A stretch of 64,000 bases of DNA from Girardia tigrina (lineage: Eukaryota): NCBI GenBank assembly GCA_001938485.1, contig MQRK01234409.1:7992-71991 (forward strand), written 5' to 3'. The notes under the pieces were generated by a model, which had not been told where the DNA came from, made no database searches, and saw only the letters and a program-made list of their open reading frames with translations. The stretch's first letter is position 1. Every line of letters begins with the position of its first letter. The position numbers and the translations under genes were made by a program. Positions 51,208 to 64,000 of the stretch are shown here, one piece after another.

Positions 51208-51845
51208 TTATTTTTTGTGCCATTTTGACATCCTTTTTTGTTTACGAAAATCATATACATGTATAAGCATAAACAATAAATTTGTGTTTTCAAAATATTT
51301 GAGAGATAAATTTCTTATGTGCTTTTTTTCTGGTAAATGTTCCAATAGTAATTCAATGATGTTATCGACACAAAGATATTGCTCGGATTTGCCAAGGTCG
51401 AATAGGAAATACATCGTTTCTTCATCAATATACGAATTTTCAATTGCCGAGTAGTCGAAAAGTAAATTATTCGATTGTTTGAGTCCTGTATGGTAAAATG
51501 GTATTTGGGAAGAGCTTTGTTTGTGTAAATATTGAATGATTGTGTCGAATTAACATGAATAACTGATGGCATATTCATATTGTACAATGAGCTCAACAAG
51601 TTATGATTGTACAAACTATTCCACTGAAGGACCTGGTTCACTAAATTAATGTACAAATAAGAATTAAAGTTGTAATAATAAAATTCATCGGAATAAATCG
51701 AACAGTTTTTAAGACATATTGATGAAATAGAATCCATCATTAAAAATTCAACATTTAATGGATTTTTTTTCTCTACATTTTGTCTCGATGAGCGAGCCCG
51801 GTTCCCGGCAAGCCAGTGTCTCTGCACCCACTTACTCAGGATCAA
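51208..51845 (-). pseudogene. Unidentified decayed coding sequence
   Basis: Overlapping ORFs with protein-like composition (YIDEETMYFLFDLGKSEQYLCVDNIIELLLEHLPEKKHIRNLSLKYF), possibly LRR-like. Confidence 0.25.
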
Positions 51846-54096
51846 ACATGCTTTATCTAGGAAACTTGTTTATACAGTAGTATTTGAAAAATTTCAAATA
51901 TTAATGTTGTCGTAACGCTATAATTTAACAATTAATATTTATGATAAATTAAAGAATTTAAAATAAATTAAGAATTTTTTATTTTCCAGGGGCACATAAA
52001 ACCCTCCTTGCTCATTCGTGCCGGCGCCCATGTTGCGGAACATAATTTAAAATGAAAAAAGAAAATCGAAGAAAATGATTTTCAAATTCTGTGCAATTGA
52101 TTTAAAAATTATTGTGAAAGTTACGTGTGAGGCCTGATTAATAAGATCCATGGATCCGGAAAGTCGTATTCAAGCTTCACAATCAGCCGCTCTGTTAAAC
52201 ACTTTCAATGTTAATTTAGTTTGAAGAGGGCGGGTATTCCGACAAAATAAATCATTAAAATAAATGTTAAAAAAGATGTTTAATTTTTTAAATTATTATT
52301 ATAATAAATAAATTTTTTGTTTTAAAAATATCAATTCTCATTTTAACAATTTTTTTTAAAATTTTGGGAAATAATTAAAATAATAATTATAATAAAAATG
52401 ATAAATCTCTCATATTTCCTAATTAAAAAACTAAAAGAATATTAATTTTCTCCATTAAATAAATGAGATAAAAATGCATATGAAAATATATTTTTAGTTT
52501 GTTTTATGCATTGCAAAATGAATAATTTTTTGTTTCAAGGAAATATATTTTTATAATTTTTATTTTTTTATCAAAAAAAAAGAAAAACAACTACTTAAAA
52601 CTAGAAAAAAACGAAAAAAATTATTGGAAAATTCTCTCTTTTATCGAAACGTATAATTTTATTTTTTTGATGAATTTATAAGTTGTAATTATTAAAAATA
52701 AGTTGAATTTCTTTGAAATTAAAGATAGAGAGAAACGAGAAGTTTCGCAGCCATTTGTCATAGGCTGACCGGAGGGGTACAACAAGGAGCCCGTTGTGAG
52801 ACTGTGGCATGTGTAATAATTTATCTGTCTCAAAATTATGAGTCTTCCTCCAATTTACGTTACTTTTTCAAAAAAAACAGTTTGTTTAATTGTAAGAAAG
52901 TCATAAATTTTCCATCTTATAAGTTTTCAAAATGAACTATTTTTAGATAAAATAATATTTTAAAATTTTTTTTATAAAAAACAACAAGCATATCGTTTTT
53001 CACACACTTATTTTATATACAATTGTCGGTGTCCGATTTTATTTGAATTATTTTTATAAGCATCTTCGACAATCTTTTTCAAAAATTATCTGGAGGAGAA
53101 CAATATAGCGCAAACAAGAGGAAAGGAACTTCGAGGTTGCCTCCGAGAATTATGGACAATGATTGCAGAGGGGAAACAGGTTGATTTTGTAAAGATCAAC
53201 AAAACCGATGAAAATAACGAGAAAAGCCAAGTCGATGAGGAGCTAATCTTCGCCATGCAGCAAGTTATTTAGCTTACAAACCTGATCGTTAGAGTAGAAT
53301 ATATAAAATTTATTGAAAATGCATTAATAAAATGAAAATAAATAATTATAATTATAATAATGATAATTATCAGAATAAGGATGAGAAATTCAGTGAGAAA
53401 TATTCTACAGGCATATCACCATCACAGCGAATCCCAAAACAGCGATTTACTTTTCAAATAGAAAAAAGTCAATGAGATATAAAATTTTATTTTAAGGAAA
53501 TTCCAACTTTAAATACACTGTCAAAATGTAATTGGGGTGCTTACACTGAAACTCTATGACACCGATTTCGCCATTATCAAAACGCAGTTGCAACGAAAAA
53601 CTGTTGTGTATGTTTCAGCTTTTTTATTTATCAGAATACAATAAATTATTAGAAGTACTTTAGAAATTACTTAATTTAAATTAATTAATTAAATTAATTA
53701 ATTAAAAATTATACTTTAAAAATTAAACAGTACGAAAAACTTTAGAAATAATTTTGGTTGTGTTGTCTGGCTATAATTTGTAGCTAGGTAAATTGGATGA
53801 ATGTTGCTATGTAACAATTGGTGAATATTGAATTTTGTTGTTTGAAAGTGACCCTTGAAATTATAATAGATAAATTTGGAATTATGAATTTGAGCTGCTT
53901 TGTGATTGCGGTTTGTGGTGAAAAAGATTGGTCGAGATTTCGTTTGAAAGATTTTTTCGTGAAATTTTGAATTTGCGATAATTTTTCTTTTGTGAATATT
54001 GAAATCGAATTTTCTATCAAGGAATTCTTAAATTATTTTCTGCCATTGATATTGCTGATATACTACAATTGTGGTATACTGTTGTTTTGATATTAA

Positions 54097-54274
54097 CACA
54101 TTGACTGCTGTTGACATCATGCACCGAACGTCTGCTACGCGCGCTACGCGTGGGACAAAAAAGTTTACTGCCGCGCGGCAAGCATATCTCATGCGCGCAG
54201 CAGTATAATAATTTATTAGCGTCTTAGTAATGTAAGCCAAAGTACGAGATATCTCGTACTCAGCATTCAATGTG
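54097..54274. mobile_element. piggyBac-type MITE (CACATTG termini)
   Basis: TTAA|CACATTGACTGCTG ... CAGCATTCAATGTG|TTAA with a GTACGAGATATCTCGTAC palindrome. Confidence 0.9.
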
Positions 54275-54479
54275 TTAAAAACATGGGACTTAGAGATAAT
54301 TTGCGATAGATTTTCGAATAAAGAAATCGACAGAGAGACTTTGATTAGTAGAGTTTATATTCGATGATTGGCAGATATATAGAGAGAAATGTCCCGAGTA
54401 TCAAAGATTTAGATGCGAAACTATTACTAAGACATTCTGACCAGTGAGTCTTTCATCAGAAGACGATTTGATGGAGCCA

Positions 54480-55060
54480 AGCTTAAGTTATGTTAAGAAA
54501 AAAGAAAAGAGATAAAAATGGTAGGATTATAATACCTCAAGGAGAGAAAATTCAACCACCATTTTAGAACAATGTTCGGAACGAATAAAAATAAAAGAAA
54601 TGAAAGACAAAGAAGAATATTTTAAGTCAGCGACAAAGTTTTGGTAAAGAATGAAAAGAGGAACTAAGGAGAAGACCGTTACGAAAGAACATACACAATA
54701 ATTGAAAATATTCACGATAGAAGTTATCTGGCAGAAGATATAAACATAAAACATTGTAAGGAATGTAAAAAAAGTTAAAACACTTAAAAAAGAGGTAATG
54801 TTATAGGTTAAAAATAAAATAAAAATGTTGATACAAAATTAATTTTAAAAGAAAAGTATTTCACGTAAATTTAAAAAAAATAGTAAAATAAAGTTAACTA
54901 AGTTATTTAAATGTAAATTAATATTTTTATTAATTAGGGTTTTTTTATCTAAACAAAATGTTTTCTAAGGAAATTTAAAAATGATATTTTGGAATATATT
55001 ATAAAACAGAAATTTGTTTAAATAATTTGTATTGTGATAGTAATACATTTTTCTTGAAAA
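54480..55060 (+). mobile_element. Gypsy integrase C-terminus, PPT and start of a 3' LTR
   Basis: RIF*VSDKVLVKNEKRN*GEDRY..IHDRSYL..VRNVKKVK parallels ORF 43925-44329; AAAAAAGAGGTAA is followed by TGTTATAG at 54799. Confidence 0.7.
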
Positions 55061-55064
55061 TAAA

Positions 55065-55456
55065 AATTTGATCTTCTTTGAATCAAAAAATACTTTGTTT
55101 CTTCTTGACGTAAAATGTTCCTATGATCCCATGCACAATCTTGAGAATGCTGACCTGTGAACAAATATTTCCCCTTAATGTTGCAAATCAAAGATGTATG
55201 TGGTTACAAAGTCGTCCTTGACACAATCATTGTTGGTGCTCTTGGTACATGGTGGACCCACAATGAGGATATCCTGGATGACCTTAATTTATCATTTAGA
55301 AAAAATGCCATAGCCAATGCCTGCGTTGAGTCCAACATTCGTTGGTCCTGCCGTCAATGGGAAGCCTTTCAGGACCCTCGAGAACAGAACACACACAGAC
55401 ATGATGCACGATCCAAATGCCGGCTTCAAAGCCCTTCAAGAATGGCTCATTTTTGA
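55065..55456 (+). mobile_element. RLE-type non-LTR retrotransposon (NeSL/R5/Utopia-like) endonuclease fragment
   Basis: LFLLDVKCSYD..N, NKYFPL, VVLDTIIVGALGTW: the D(V)K..., KY and IIVGALG.W motifs of restriction-like endonucleases. Confidence 0.8.
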
Positions 55457-56149
55457 TGAGTGTTTGGAGAGGATCACGGGTTATGGTAGTTGTATGTTTA
55501 ACATTCTGAGGATTCATATTAGTATTGGGATCAAGATTTTGAATGTTTGTATTAGATACAATGACCCAACTTAAGTGTGTTCACTTGAGTTGAACTGCTA
55601 TGTATGGCAGAGGTGAGAGCTTTTTATCTATGTTGGATCCAAAGTTCTATAACTCAGTTTGTTTGGCATCTGCTGTCTTCTGTGTTTCTGCTTTGAACAT
55701 AGAAGAAGATGAACGCTTGCAATTGTGGGTCCCCGAGTGCTGGTCTGCTCTCCTGCTCCGCAAAGTTCCAGTGCTGATAATTAGGAGCCCTTCTCTCTTT
55801 TTCTTCTTTGCCCCACTTCACCTAAAAAAAATTAAAAAGTTTGAAATTTCAGGCTTTAACAAATTTATTTGGAATGATAAAACAAACTCGTTACATTTAA
55901 ATAGTGTCGTAAATAGTCAATAGCAACAATAAATATTGTAAGGATTTTCCTGGAAAAATATACGAATCGAAAACTGAAAATAGAAAAAAATTGTAGGAGT
56001 TTTTCATTAATTGATATCACAAAAAATGTTTGTTCCTGAATTCGAGAATTTTTTGGAATTCGGGTTTGAGTTTCTTGTTGAATAGATTGAATGATAATTT
56101 GATTGTTCAAATTGTTGATTGATTGGATTTTTCTTTTTATTTTGTGACT

Positions 56150-56640
56150 TAGAAAATCTCTTGTGCAAAAGTCAAATTTTCTTCAAGAAATTGCCAACTG
56201 GCTTCCACCAGCCGCCAACTGGAAAAGGTCAACCATCTGACCGACTTATCAGAAAAATTTTGTCGCTTTAGATGATTCGGTAATTCAGAAACTTTGCCGT
56301 TTTGATAGTATAAAAGTTTCCCGCAAGTCTCACGCACCATAGGTTTGCGCACTCTGCCTTCGTTAATCTTTTTTGGTGGCTTTGTATGGAGCCCGAATCT
56401 TTTGAAGACAGCCATTACACGCTTCGCCAAAATCTTGCTTGCGTCCACTATGACGTCGTCATTATCTACATCGAGTCCGTTATTTCATTTTTATTTATTT
56501 CATTTGCACCGATTATTTCACTCGATCAAGTTTTGCTAGCAAAACAACCGCTTTTGCTGCTACTTTTGTTGAAGAACCCGCGCAGACCATCATCCTCATG
56601 TCCTCCCTCACAGGTTCCTCATAATAAATGACACTTGTGA
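56150..56640 (-). pseudogene. Decayed coding sequence, weakly vinculin/alpha-catenin tail-like
   Basis: VAAKAVVLLAKLDRV..DVIVDASKILAKRV..GRVRK..TCGKL loosely recalls the vinculin tail; speculative. Confidence 0.2.
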
Positions 56641-57877
56641 GTCACAAAACACAGGCCTCACCAACACAGTATTGGAGAATTGATACTTGTTTTCTGCCTG
56701 ATCTTTTTTGTGAGGTGGTAAACTCTTTGGATTTGATCCTTCAGACAGAAACTGAAGCACACTGGCTCCTGTATCGGCCCCCGGTTTGAACCTTGGTCAG
56801 CTATGCACTAAAAAACAAACACTGCACCTAAATTCGCATTTCGACATTTTATTAAAATAAAGCAAATCTATTTTCAGGATTTCTCTTTCTAGAAGAAGAA
56901 CCATCCTGTAGAACGGAAGAACGATTGCGCGGTGAAATTCTAGAAGACTTTCGTATTCTTTGTCAGAAAATAATCATTTTTGTCACTTTCTACTTTTGAT
57001 GCATCTTTCTAGTGACATACGTTCAGTGAGTTGGAGAAGACCTTTTGAAAAAGAAAAGTCTACTATATGAAAATCAATTAAAAATTATCATTTAAATACA
57101 TAAAAATTATTGAAATATGTCTTATTTGTAATTGTTTTAGTATTTCCTCATAAATATTCTTATTTATATAAATTAGATAAAATAACTCTGCCAATTTTCT
57201 TCTTTTTCATTTTCTATAATAATTCTTCATAATTTCACCTTCAAAGAAAATTTTATACTTTGATTATTTTTCGGTATTTTTTAATAAATATTGCGAGATT
57301 TTTTTTAATTAAAACTGTATTAAATTAATTTTTTCACTGTAAATTTTATAAAAAAATTTATTTAAATATTTATTATAATAATAAATTAATTGAGCGTTAT
57401 TATCAACGTTCCCACGATTATGTTCATAAAAGATCGTCATAAATAAACTTTTTTTAAAAATAAAATAAATTCGGAAGATAATAATGGTGGCAATTAAAAA
57501 TAAAATAATGCTACAATTTAGTTTGTCAATCAATTATATAAATTATATAAAATCAAACATTAAACGACACAAACTTCATTGAATAATGAAGTAATAATTG
57601 AATATAATTATTAAATAATTTTAGTATTAATGTTATTATAACATATACAAAATGAGTCAAAAGATGAAACAGTATATGAAACAGTCATAATTGCATAAAA
57701 GGTCTTAATACATTCTTATTTATAAACAACATATATCTTATAATGTTTGTAGGTATAATATATAATATTATTAATGTTTATCGTTTTAAACTTGTTCTTT
57801 TTCCCATAACTAGAATACCGTTGCCCAGGCGGTCTCATATGTAATTAGGGATAGTAAACAATATAAAGATAAACATA

Positions 57878-58305
57878 CGTGGTGTGCCCAATAAGTACCC
57901 GGACTAAGTAAGAAAGCAAAATAACAGGAGCCTCATAAAACAACACAGGTACACTAATCATATAAGCAGGGCTGCGTAGTCGGAGTCAAGGAGTCAGAGT
58001 CGTGTAACTCGACTCAGACCAAAATAATAACGAATATTTTAAATTAACCTAAAAATGAGTCGGAGTCGGAGTCGAAGGCTGAGTCACAGTTAGAGTCGGA
58101 GTCGGACATTTGAAAAATAAAGGAGTTGGAGTCGGATTCGGAGTCGAGCAATTTTAGTACGAATCTGCAACACTGCATATAAGTGTACTATTTTTCAACA
58201 TAAGACCCTTCATGAGCCACACACTTCTTCCAATGATCAACAAGTTTGAAGAAAGCATTTTTGTAGAAAATTGACGGCTATAAAATCTAAATCCATATTC
58301 ATTAA
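57878..58305 (-). mobile_element. Mariner 3' end remnant
   Basis: TA|CGTGGTGTGCCCAATAAGTACCCGGACT terminus; minus strand FYKNAFFKLVDHWKKCVAHEGSYVEK* is a mariner C-terminus. Confidence 0.8.
57967..58175. mobile_element. hAT-type MITE with (GAGTCG)n subterminal repeats
   Basis: CAGGGCTGCG ... TGCAACACTG with a perfect 8-bp TSD CATATAAG (57959-57966 and 58176-58183). Confidence 0.92.
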
Positions 58306-58461
58306 CCCTTTCCTAAATATTAATGCCCTACGATTAAAATTTTTTTCCGATCGATAAGGAAAATTTCCCTTTTAAACGTCTTTTGTCAACTATCCTTTTG
58401 TTTTTATCATTTGAAAGTTGCAGAATGGGATTTAATGATTCTTCATTCAGCTAGGAAAGTG
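58306..58461. mobile_element. piggyBac-type MITE
   Basis: TTAA|CCCTTTCCTA ... TAGGAAAGTG|TTAA. Confidence 0.75.
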
Positions 58462-58929
58462 TTAATAAAGAATTACGATTTCAATATAAGGGAAAAGTGA
58501 ATATATTTTAAACAAAGTTCGAACAAATGTTTCCGCTTCTTTTCCCAATTTTAAAATAATTTCACCCATGTGTTACTTAAATAATGTTTTTATTAATATC
58601 AAAAAAGTTTTATAATTTTTTAAAATATATTTTCTATTTTAGATTTATTTTATTTATTCGAAGAAAGTCTAATTTTAAAATAAAATATTTATTCTTAAGT
58701 AACTTTGATGTATATTTTAAAATCAAATTTACAGTACTTTAATTTATGTTTTTTCAAAAATTAAATTTTTATTCATATTTTGTAGATGGCGATTTTTTAA
58801 AATATTTTGTACTTGTCTGTCCATAAAAAATTGTCTTTGATTTGACATTCTCTTTTTTGGTTACTTTATTATAATGAATAAAATGAAGAGTGAAGATTGA
58901 CATAAATGACAACTATATTATGAAAAGAT

Positions 58930-60360
58930 GAGATGAATTTTTTTTGTAAAATAATGATTATTGTAAGTAGAATAAATGGGTTTCACCAGAAAGTATTGAT
59001 GTCGGCTCGAGATTCGAAATTAAAGATCACTGTAGTCTTAATATTCTCTCCATGACGTTGGAATGCAATGACGGGCAATTCATTCATCATCCTTCAAAAC
59101 CGTACACGTAAAAAGAACCAACATTTTTTTCTTTTTATTATTATATAGTGTCTTGTTTTTTTAAGGAAGTCGTTACATTTCACTATGATGAATCCAAGTC
59201 CACACAATCATGACGTTCCACAAATTGATGTTCCAGAAGCCAGCAATAAATTACTTTCCCAAAGCAACACAATACCCCGATGCGCCATGTCAGTTGATTA
59301 CAAATACCTTGGTTGATATGTTAGAAGGAAAGCCTGAAAACCACCAACTCTTCACTTGTTATTTACAGAATACGAGAAAACAAAATAAATTATATTCAAG
59401 GATTACATTTATATATATATATATATATAGTCCAGCGGATCTTACCATAATTGCGATTCCTGAAGACTTAAAGAAAACGTTTTACTGTACAGTAATGTTG
59501 AAGAAGGAATAGGGATGTTCTCAAATCAGACTAGCTTCGCCCACTTTCTCAAGCTCTCGACTAGTACATGTGTGATACTTTTAAGACTGTACTCATTATA
59601 TTGGAAAAGGTATATATGATTCATGCAACATATAATATTGTATTTGCTCCATTAGTATACTTTCTTTTGCTAAAAAAGAATGAAATTTTTGAAATATATT
59701 TGAAATTTTTTTACTTATGGAAGATTTCGCCCACTAAGAATTGTGTCCAACAACGATGCAGTGCTCATTTATGCAGCGATTCTACGTTTATCATTATTTA
59801 ATAAGCGTGGATGTATGTTTCATTTTGGTCAGAAGGTTTAGAGAAAGATTCAAAATCTTAATAATGTTCGTCCACACTATGACAATGGTTCTGACTTCAA
59901 ATCGCAATAAAATGTTAAGTGCGTAAAGTTATGCGCGAGTCGGAAGATACACGTCATCTTACGTGAATATTATTGAAACTATCTTGCACCGACAAAATAC
60001 GATTCTGCAACAACTTCTTCGAGATTACTTTGAAGACAAGAGAATCGGAAGACAGTTAGGTGAAAGTTGGCGTTTGCCTATATTTCCTGTAGAAATCCGG
60101 AATGCATACAATGCTGCCATGATAATTTTACCAAGGACAATAATAATTTGGAAGGATGGCACAGAGCTCTTGTAACTTGTATCGGTTTGTGTCAGGAAAA
60201 CATATGGAGATTTATTGAATACTTGAAAAAACAGCACATTGGATATTACTCTTGCAAATTCTTGGCAAACTGTACTCGCACAAAGGAAATTTTACAAAGT
60301 AATTTTCTAAAAGAATCAAAAAAAGTGTTGAGCAGTTTGATGAATTAGGAGATATTATAT
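58930..60360 (+). mobile_element. Mutator (MULE) transposase pseudogene
   Basis: YMCDTFKTV..VYMIHA..PLVYFLL, GCMFHFGQKV*RKIQ, DYFED..PIFPVE, NNNLEGWHRAL..NIWRFIEYLK. Confidence 0.88.
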
Positions 60361-60689
60361 TTCCCTTAAAAGGAACTGATAGTAATCTCTAATCAAAAGT
60401 TCTTATAGTAATACGAAAGTAATTTTAAAATATTTTAAAAAATTAATTTTGTCATATTCTTTTTATCAAAACAGTATTTAGTAAAATTTTATTATGCTTT
60501 AAGTTTTATTCTGTTTTTATTGTTCGCCCTTTTTACTGTTGTCTCTTTTTTAAGACTATTTCTGAACAACTTAAAAAGAAACTGTTAGTTACCAAATTTT
60601 CTGTGTCTACCAATTAACTTTCTACATTCTATTGTGATTCAAATTTCATTCAACCTTTTTTCTTCTTCCCGTTTAATTAACTTATGGGT

Positions 60690-61100
60690 AAATAAAAATT
60701 TTCAACAGTGTATAAGAGAAAAATACCGGAATCGCAAATGTAGAAAATATCGGAAGATACGTTGACCACCTGAACCTCGTTCCAGATTTGACGCAAAGGG
60801 AAATTATTTTTAAGTTGAAGGAAATACAAATTCCATAGACAGAATACCAATTCATGTAAGGGTTTTGTGTGCTACAAACCAAACTTTAACAAGACAAGAA
60901 AAGTTTGACTGACCTTCTTCATTTTCTTTAAATGTTACCGGCAGTGTTTGACGCTGTACTGAAATTATTATATCTGAAATTAATAGCATTTTTTTACTTA
61001 TCCTCTCGTATCTCTTGAAAAAGAAGAATTGCCTAGTTGTCTACTTGTCCTCCATACCCTTGCGCACCGGTCCTTACGTATTTTTAATGAAACATAATAG
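60690..61100 (-). pseudogene. CK1/TTBK-family kinase pseudogene fragment
   Basis: KYVRTGAQGYGGQV (Gly loop), YMNW..MEFVFPS, KSGTRFRWSTYLPI and LIH, colinear across frameshifts. Confidence 0.45.
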
Positions 61101-61728
61101 TAACATAATGTTAATGTAACTACAAAAGTTATTTATCGAATAATATTTTATTTTTTTCTATATATAAAACAAATAAAATATGTTAAAATAATATTTATTT
61201 AAGTTTTCCTATTTTTCCTCAATTTTTAATATTTTCTCTATTTTTTCCTATGGCAATTTGGTTATTAAAACCAATTTAAATTTTATTTTTCTTAATTAAA
61301 AATGTCTGGAAAATATTCTGATTTATTTCAGTATTATTTATATTTTAAAAATCATAAAAAAAATATAATAAATTTTATTAATTAAATTTTTATTTATGAT
61401 AAATTATATGAATGTTTCGAAACATTTCATTTAAAAAAGATTAAAAGAACCATTAACTTTGGTTATTTTTCATGGAAAGTAATTACAAAAATGGAAAATT
61501 ATTTTAAATTTAAATTAAAAATGAAAGTTTAGTTTTATAAAAATTAACATTTTAAATATGTTCGCGTCCCAAAATTTAATTTAAAATTTTTTTTTGAAAA
61601 TAAATGTTCTAAGCAATTTCGAAAAGACAGGGTTGGCTGTGGCGTTTTCGAAAACACTTTAGATTAAATGAAATGGAACAAAATTATAGTCACAGCTTGA
61701 TCAGCAAAGTTACCATCCTGATTATTAA

Positions 61729-62460
61729 CCCTTCAGGGACTGGAATACTATATTCAGTATCTCGAATATATTTTGAACGGATTATCACTTGATAATGACT
61801 TTGGTATCATTCTTTAGAAAACTGAGTTTCCCGCATTTTGGTATACAGCGTGACCATATTGGTGACGTGCGAGTTTTGCTGATTTCCGGGTTAGAGATTA
61901 AATTTCGTAAAATACTTGCACTACACATTTTGTATTTATCCCTTTTGTCTTTGTACTTCGTTGTGATCATTTCTATACGCAATCATGAATAGATCTACCG
62001 TGTTTCGCACAATATAAGACATCCCCTAGTCTTTAGTAATCCCCCCAGCAAAATTTTATGAAAAATAGATTTATTACCTTTTCTTATGCATTTCTTCTTC
62101 TCGTGGGATATTTTTATCTCTCATCGTTGTTGAAATATCACCAATAAAAGATTTATATTAAAAATTAAAAACTCACATTTTAATTAATATTATTAAAAGA
62201 AATGATTAACTATAATATACCGTGCGATTCATAAGTCGTCGTCTCAAGATATGGAACTATACTGCGATGTAATGTAACACTTTTTGAATATGATATTAAT
62301 GTATTACGACATGGTTTTTTACGCAGTACAACTTGAAGACATGAAAAGAAAAAAGTTTTGTAAATAAAATTTTATAGAAGAATTGTAATCATTTACTTAA
62401 TGGGAATTTAATGCCGATACTTCTTATACACTATCGGAGCGTATCATAGGTCATTTGATT
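61729..62460 (+). mobile_element. Possible piggyBac remnant, interrupted by a Tc2-type end at 61998
   Basis: TTAA|CCCTTCAGGGAC end; RRLKIWNY..NMIL and KFIEEL near 62235-62385 resemble a piggyBac C-terminal region. Confidence 0.35.
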
Positions 62461-63580
62461 CTGGAAAATGAATCGTATTTTATTTAATAATGTATTCAAT
62501 TAGTACAGTGTAAGAGCACTATTGATAATTTTTAATTTTCAAAAAATAAAGCAATACATCAGAATTTAATTTAAAAATGGAAATAAATTTGCCGCCTAAC
62601 AAGTGCAAAGGAAGAATGTAATTAATCCCATGAATGTGTTTTAAAATAATATTGAGATACTTGAAAAAGACCAGTCATGTATGATGATTGATCTGAATTT
62701 CGGTCTTTGAAAGTTTCTGGTTTAATTTTTAAATTGTGATTATTATAATTTATTATTTATTGTTTCGAATTCTGTGTTGATTTAACAGTCGTTTGATTTC
62801 GTCAGTTTCCCTGCGTCTTTTTGCGAAGGCGCTGCTCGGGAAGAATCATCTTGATGCGGGCTATCCAGATTGACTACATCCTTACGTGGAGTCGCTCCGG
62901 TTCCTCCGCCATTTTCCATTTTGATCATAGCGTGAAGACAAACCAACAAACAAAAATAAAAACATACAAACATTTTAGATAAATATATTATGTATTATTT
63001 AACGTAACAAACAAATAATTAAATCCGTCTGAAATGCACCTTTCAAATACTTATTTAAATCGATGTTACTATTTAAAATTTATTTTTAATTAGTAATTAT
63101 TGTATTTATAATAAATTACAAAAAATATAATAAATAAATAAAACAGAGATTTATATATGAAACACGTTAAAAATAAAACAAAATGTATTTAATTTTGGTC
63201 AAATTAGTGAAATTGATTTAAAAATATTTTGAAAATTAAAATTCTTTTATTATTTTTTACTTCAAATTATTTTCGAAATTGTTTTCGAAATTTTCATTCT
63301 TATTTTTTGTATAAATAAAAGAAAGAATTTCAAACACTTTCGATGAAACTTCGGTAACCTTTTAAAATATTTAAAATGTGTAAATAAACAATATTTGAAT
63401 AAAAAGAAAATAAATAGTGAAAATTGAAAATTTAACTAAAATTCTCTGTTAAAACGATATTTTGTGACAATGTCTAATTTATGCTTCTTTCGTGTAGAGG
63501 AAAGTCATTTGCCAGTGATCAAAAACATAAAGCTGTTTTGCATTGTTGCACAACAAAATAGTAACTCGATCTTCTGCAGC

Positions 63581-64000
63581 TGTGAGGGAAAGTTCTGAAT
63601 GTTGTGAGCTTGTTGTCTGTATGCTATTTATATTGGTGACTCACCTACCAAGATGGGATCGATATGTTATTGATTAATTATCTAAATCTAATGAGGTTAA
63701 TGTTTAAATACTAATTAATTTTAATTTTTGTAATTTGAAATTTTAATAATAACTTAAGCAAATAATTTAACTTATTAAATTTAATAAAATTTAAAAAGTT
63801 AATGTTTATTTTAAAAATTAACTTAATTTATTTTTACCCAGTAAAATTTTCAGAAATTCTAAATTATCAATTTTGTAATCTCATTCATTTTTCAAAGATT
63901 TAAATAAAGGTACAAAAATATATCAATCAAGAAAGATGCTTACCGCAGATGATGTCACTGAAAATTGTTGTAAAGATAAGTCTGTGTTGTTGATAAATTT
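63581..64000 (+). mobile_element. LTR of a related Gypsy family, truncated by the window end
   Basis: Starts TGTGAGGGAAA and shares GTGACTC..CTAC.AGATGGGATCGATATG and TATATCAATCAAGAAAGATG blocks with 50684-51116. Confidence 0.88.

Overview
This is very AT-rich eukaryotic DNA with scaffold gaps. Its composition and repeat families suggest an invertebrate such as a planarian flatworm (inference only). I found no intact host gene; the window is a graveyard of mobile elements. It holds one full-length but decayed Ty3/Gypsy LTR retrotransposon (43536-48630), a solo LTR and a truncated LTR of the same or a related family, and several other gag and integrase remnants. DNA transposons include two full-length mariners, a pogo-type element, an internally deleted Tigger, piggyBac and MULE remnants and many MITEs. 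Retroelements also include several Penelope-like (GIY-YIG) fragments carrying hammerhead-ribozyme motifs and one restriction-like-endonuclease non-LTR fragment. Between them lie short, apparently intronless, decayed copies of host genes: tetraspanin, a CDK1/2-like kinase, a CK1/TTBK-like kinase, and more tentatively PP4R1-, CRC-domain- and vinculin-like pieces. Four observations stand out. (1) The Gypsy architecture is extremely compact: TG...TA LTRs, a gag ATG formed at the LTR/PBS junction, and a pol stop inside the 3' LTR. (2) A 21-bp-phased array of RFX X-box-like motifs followed by CCAAT boxes sits inside a Mutator-like element. (3) The Penelope copies carry minimal hammerheads with a compensatory change in stem I. 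(4) A gag fragment is joined directly to a probable host-gene retrocopy. All protein assignments come from motif recognition by eye; no searches were run.
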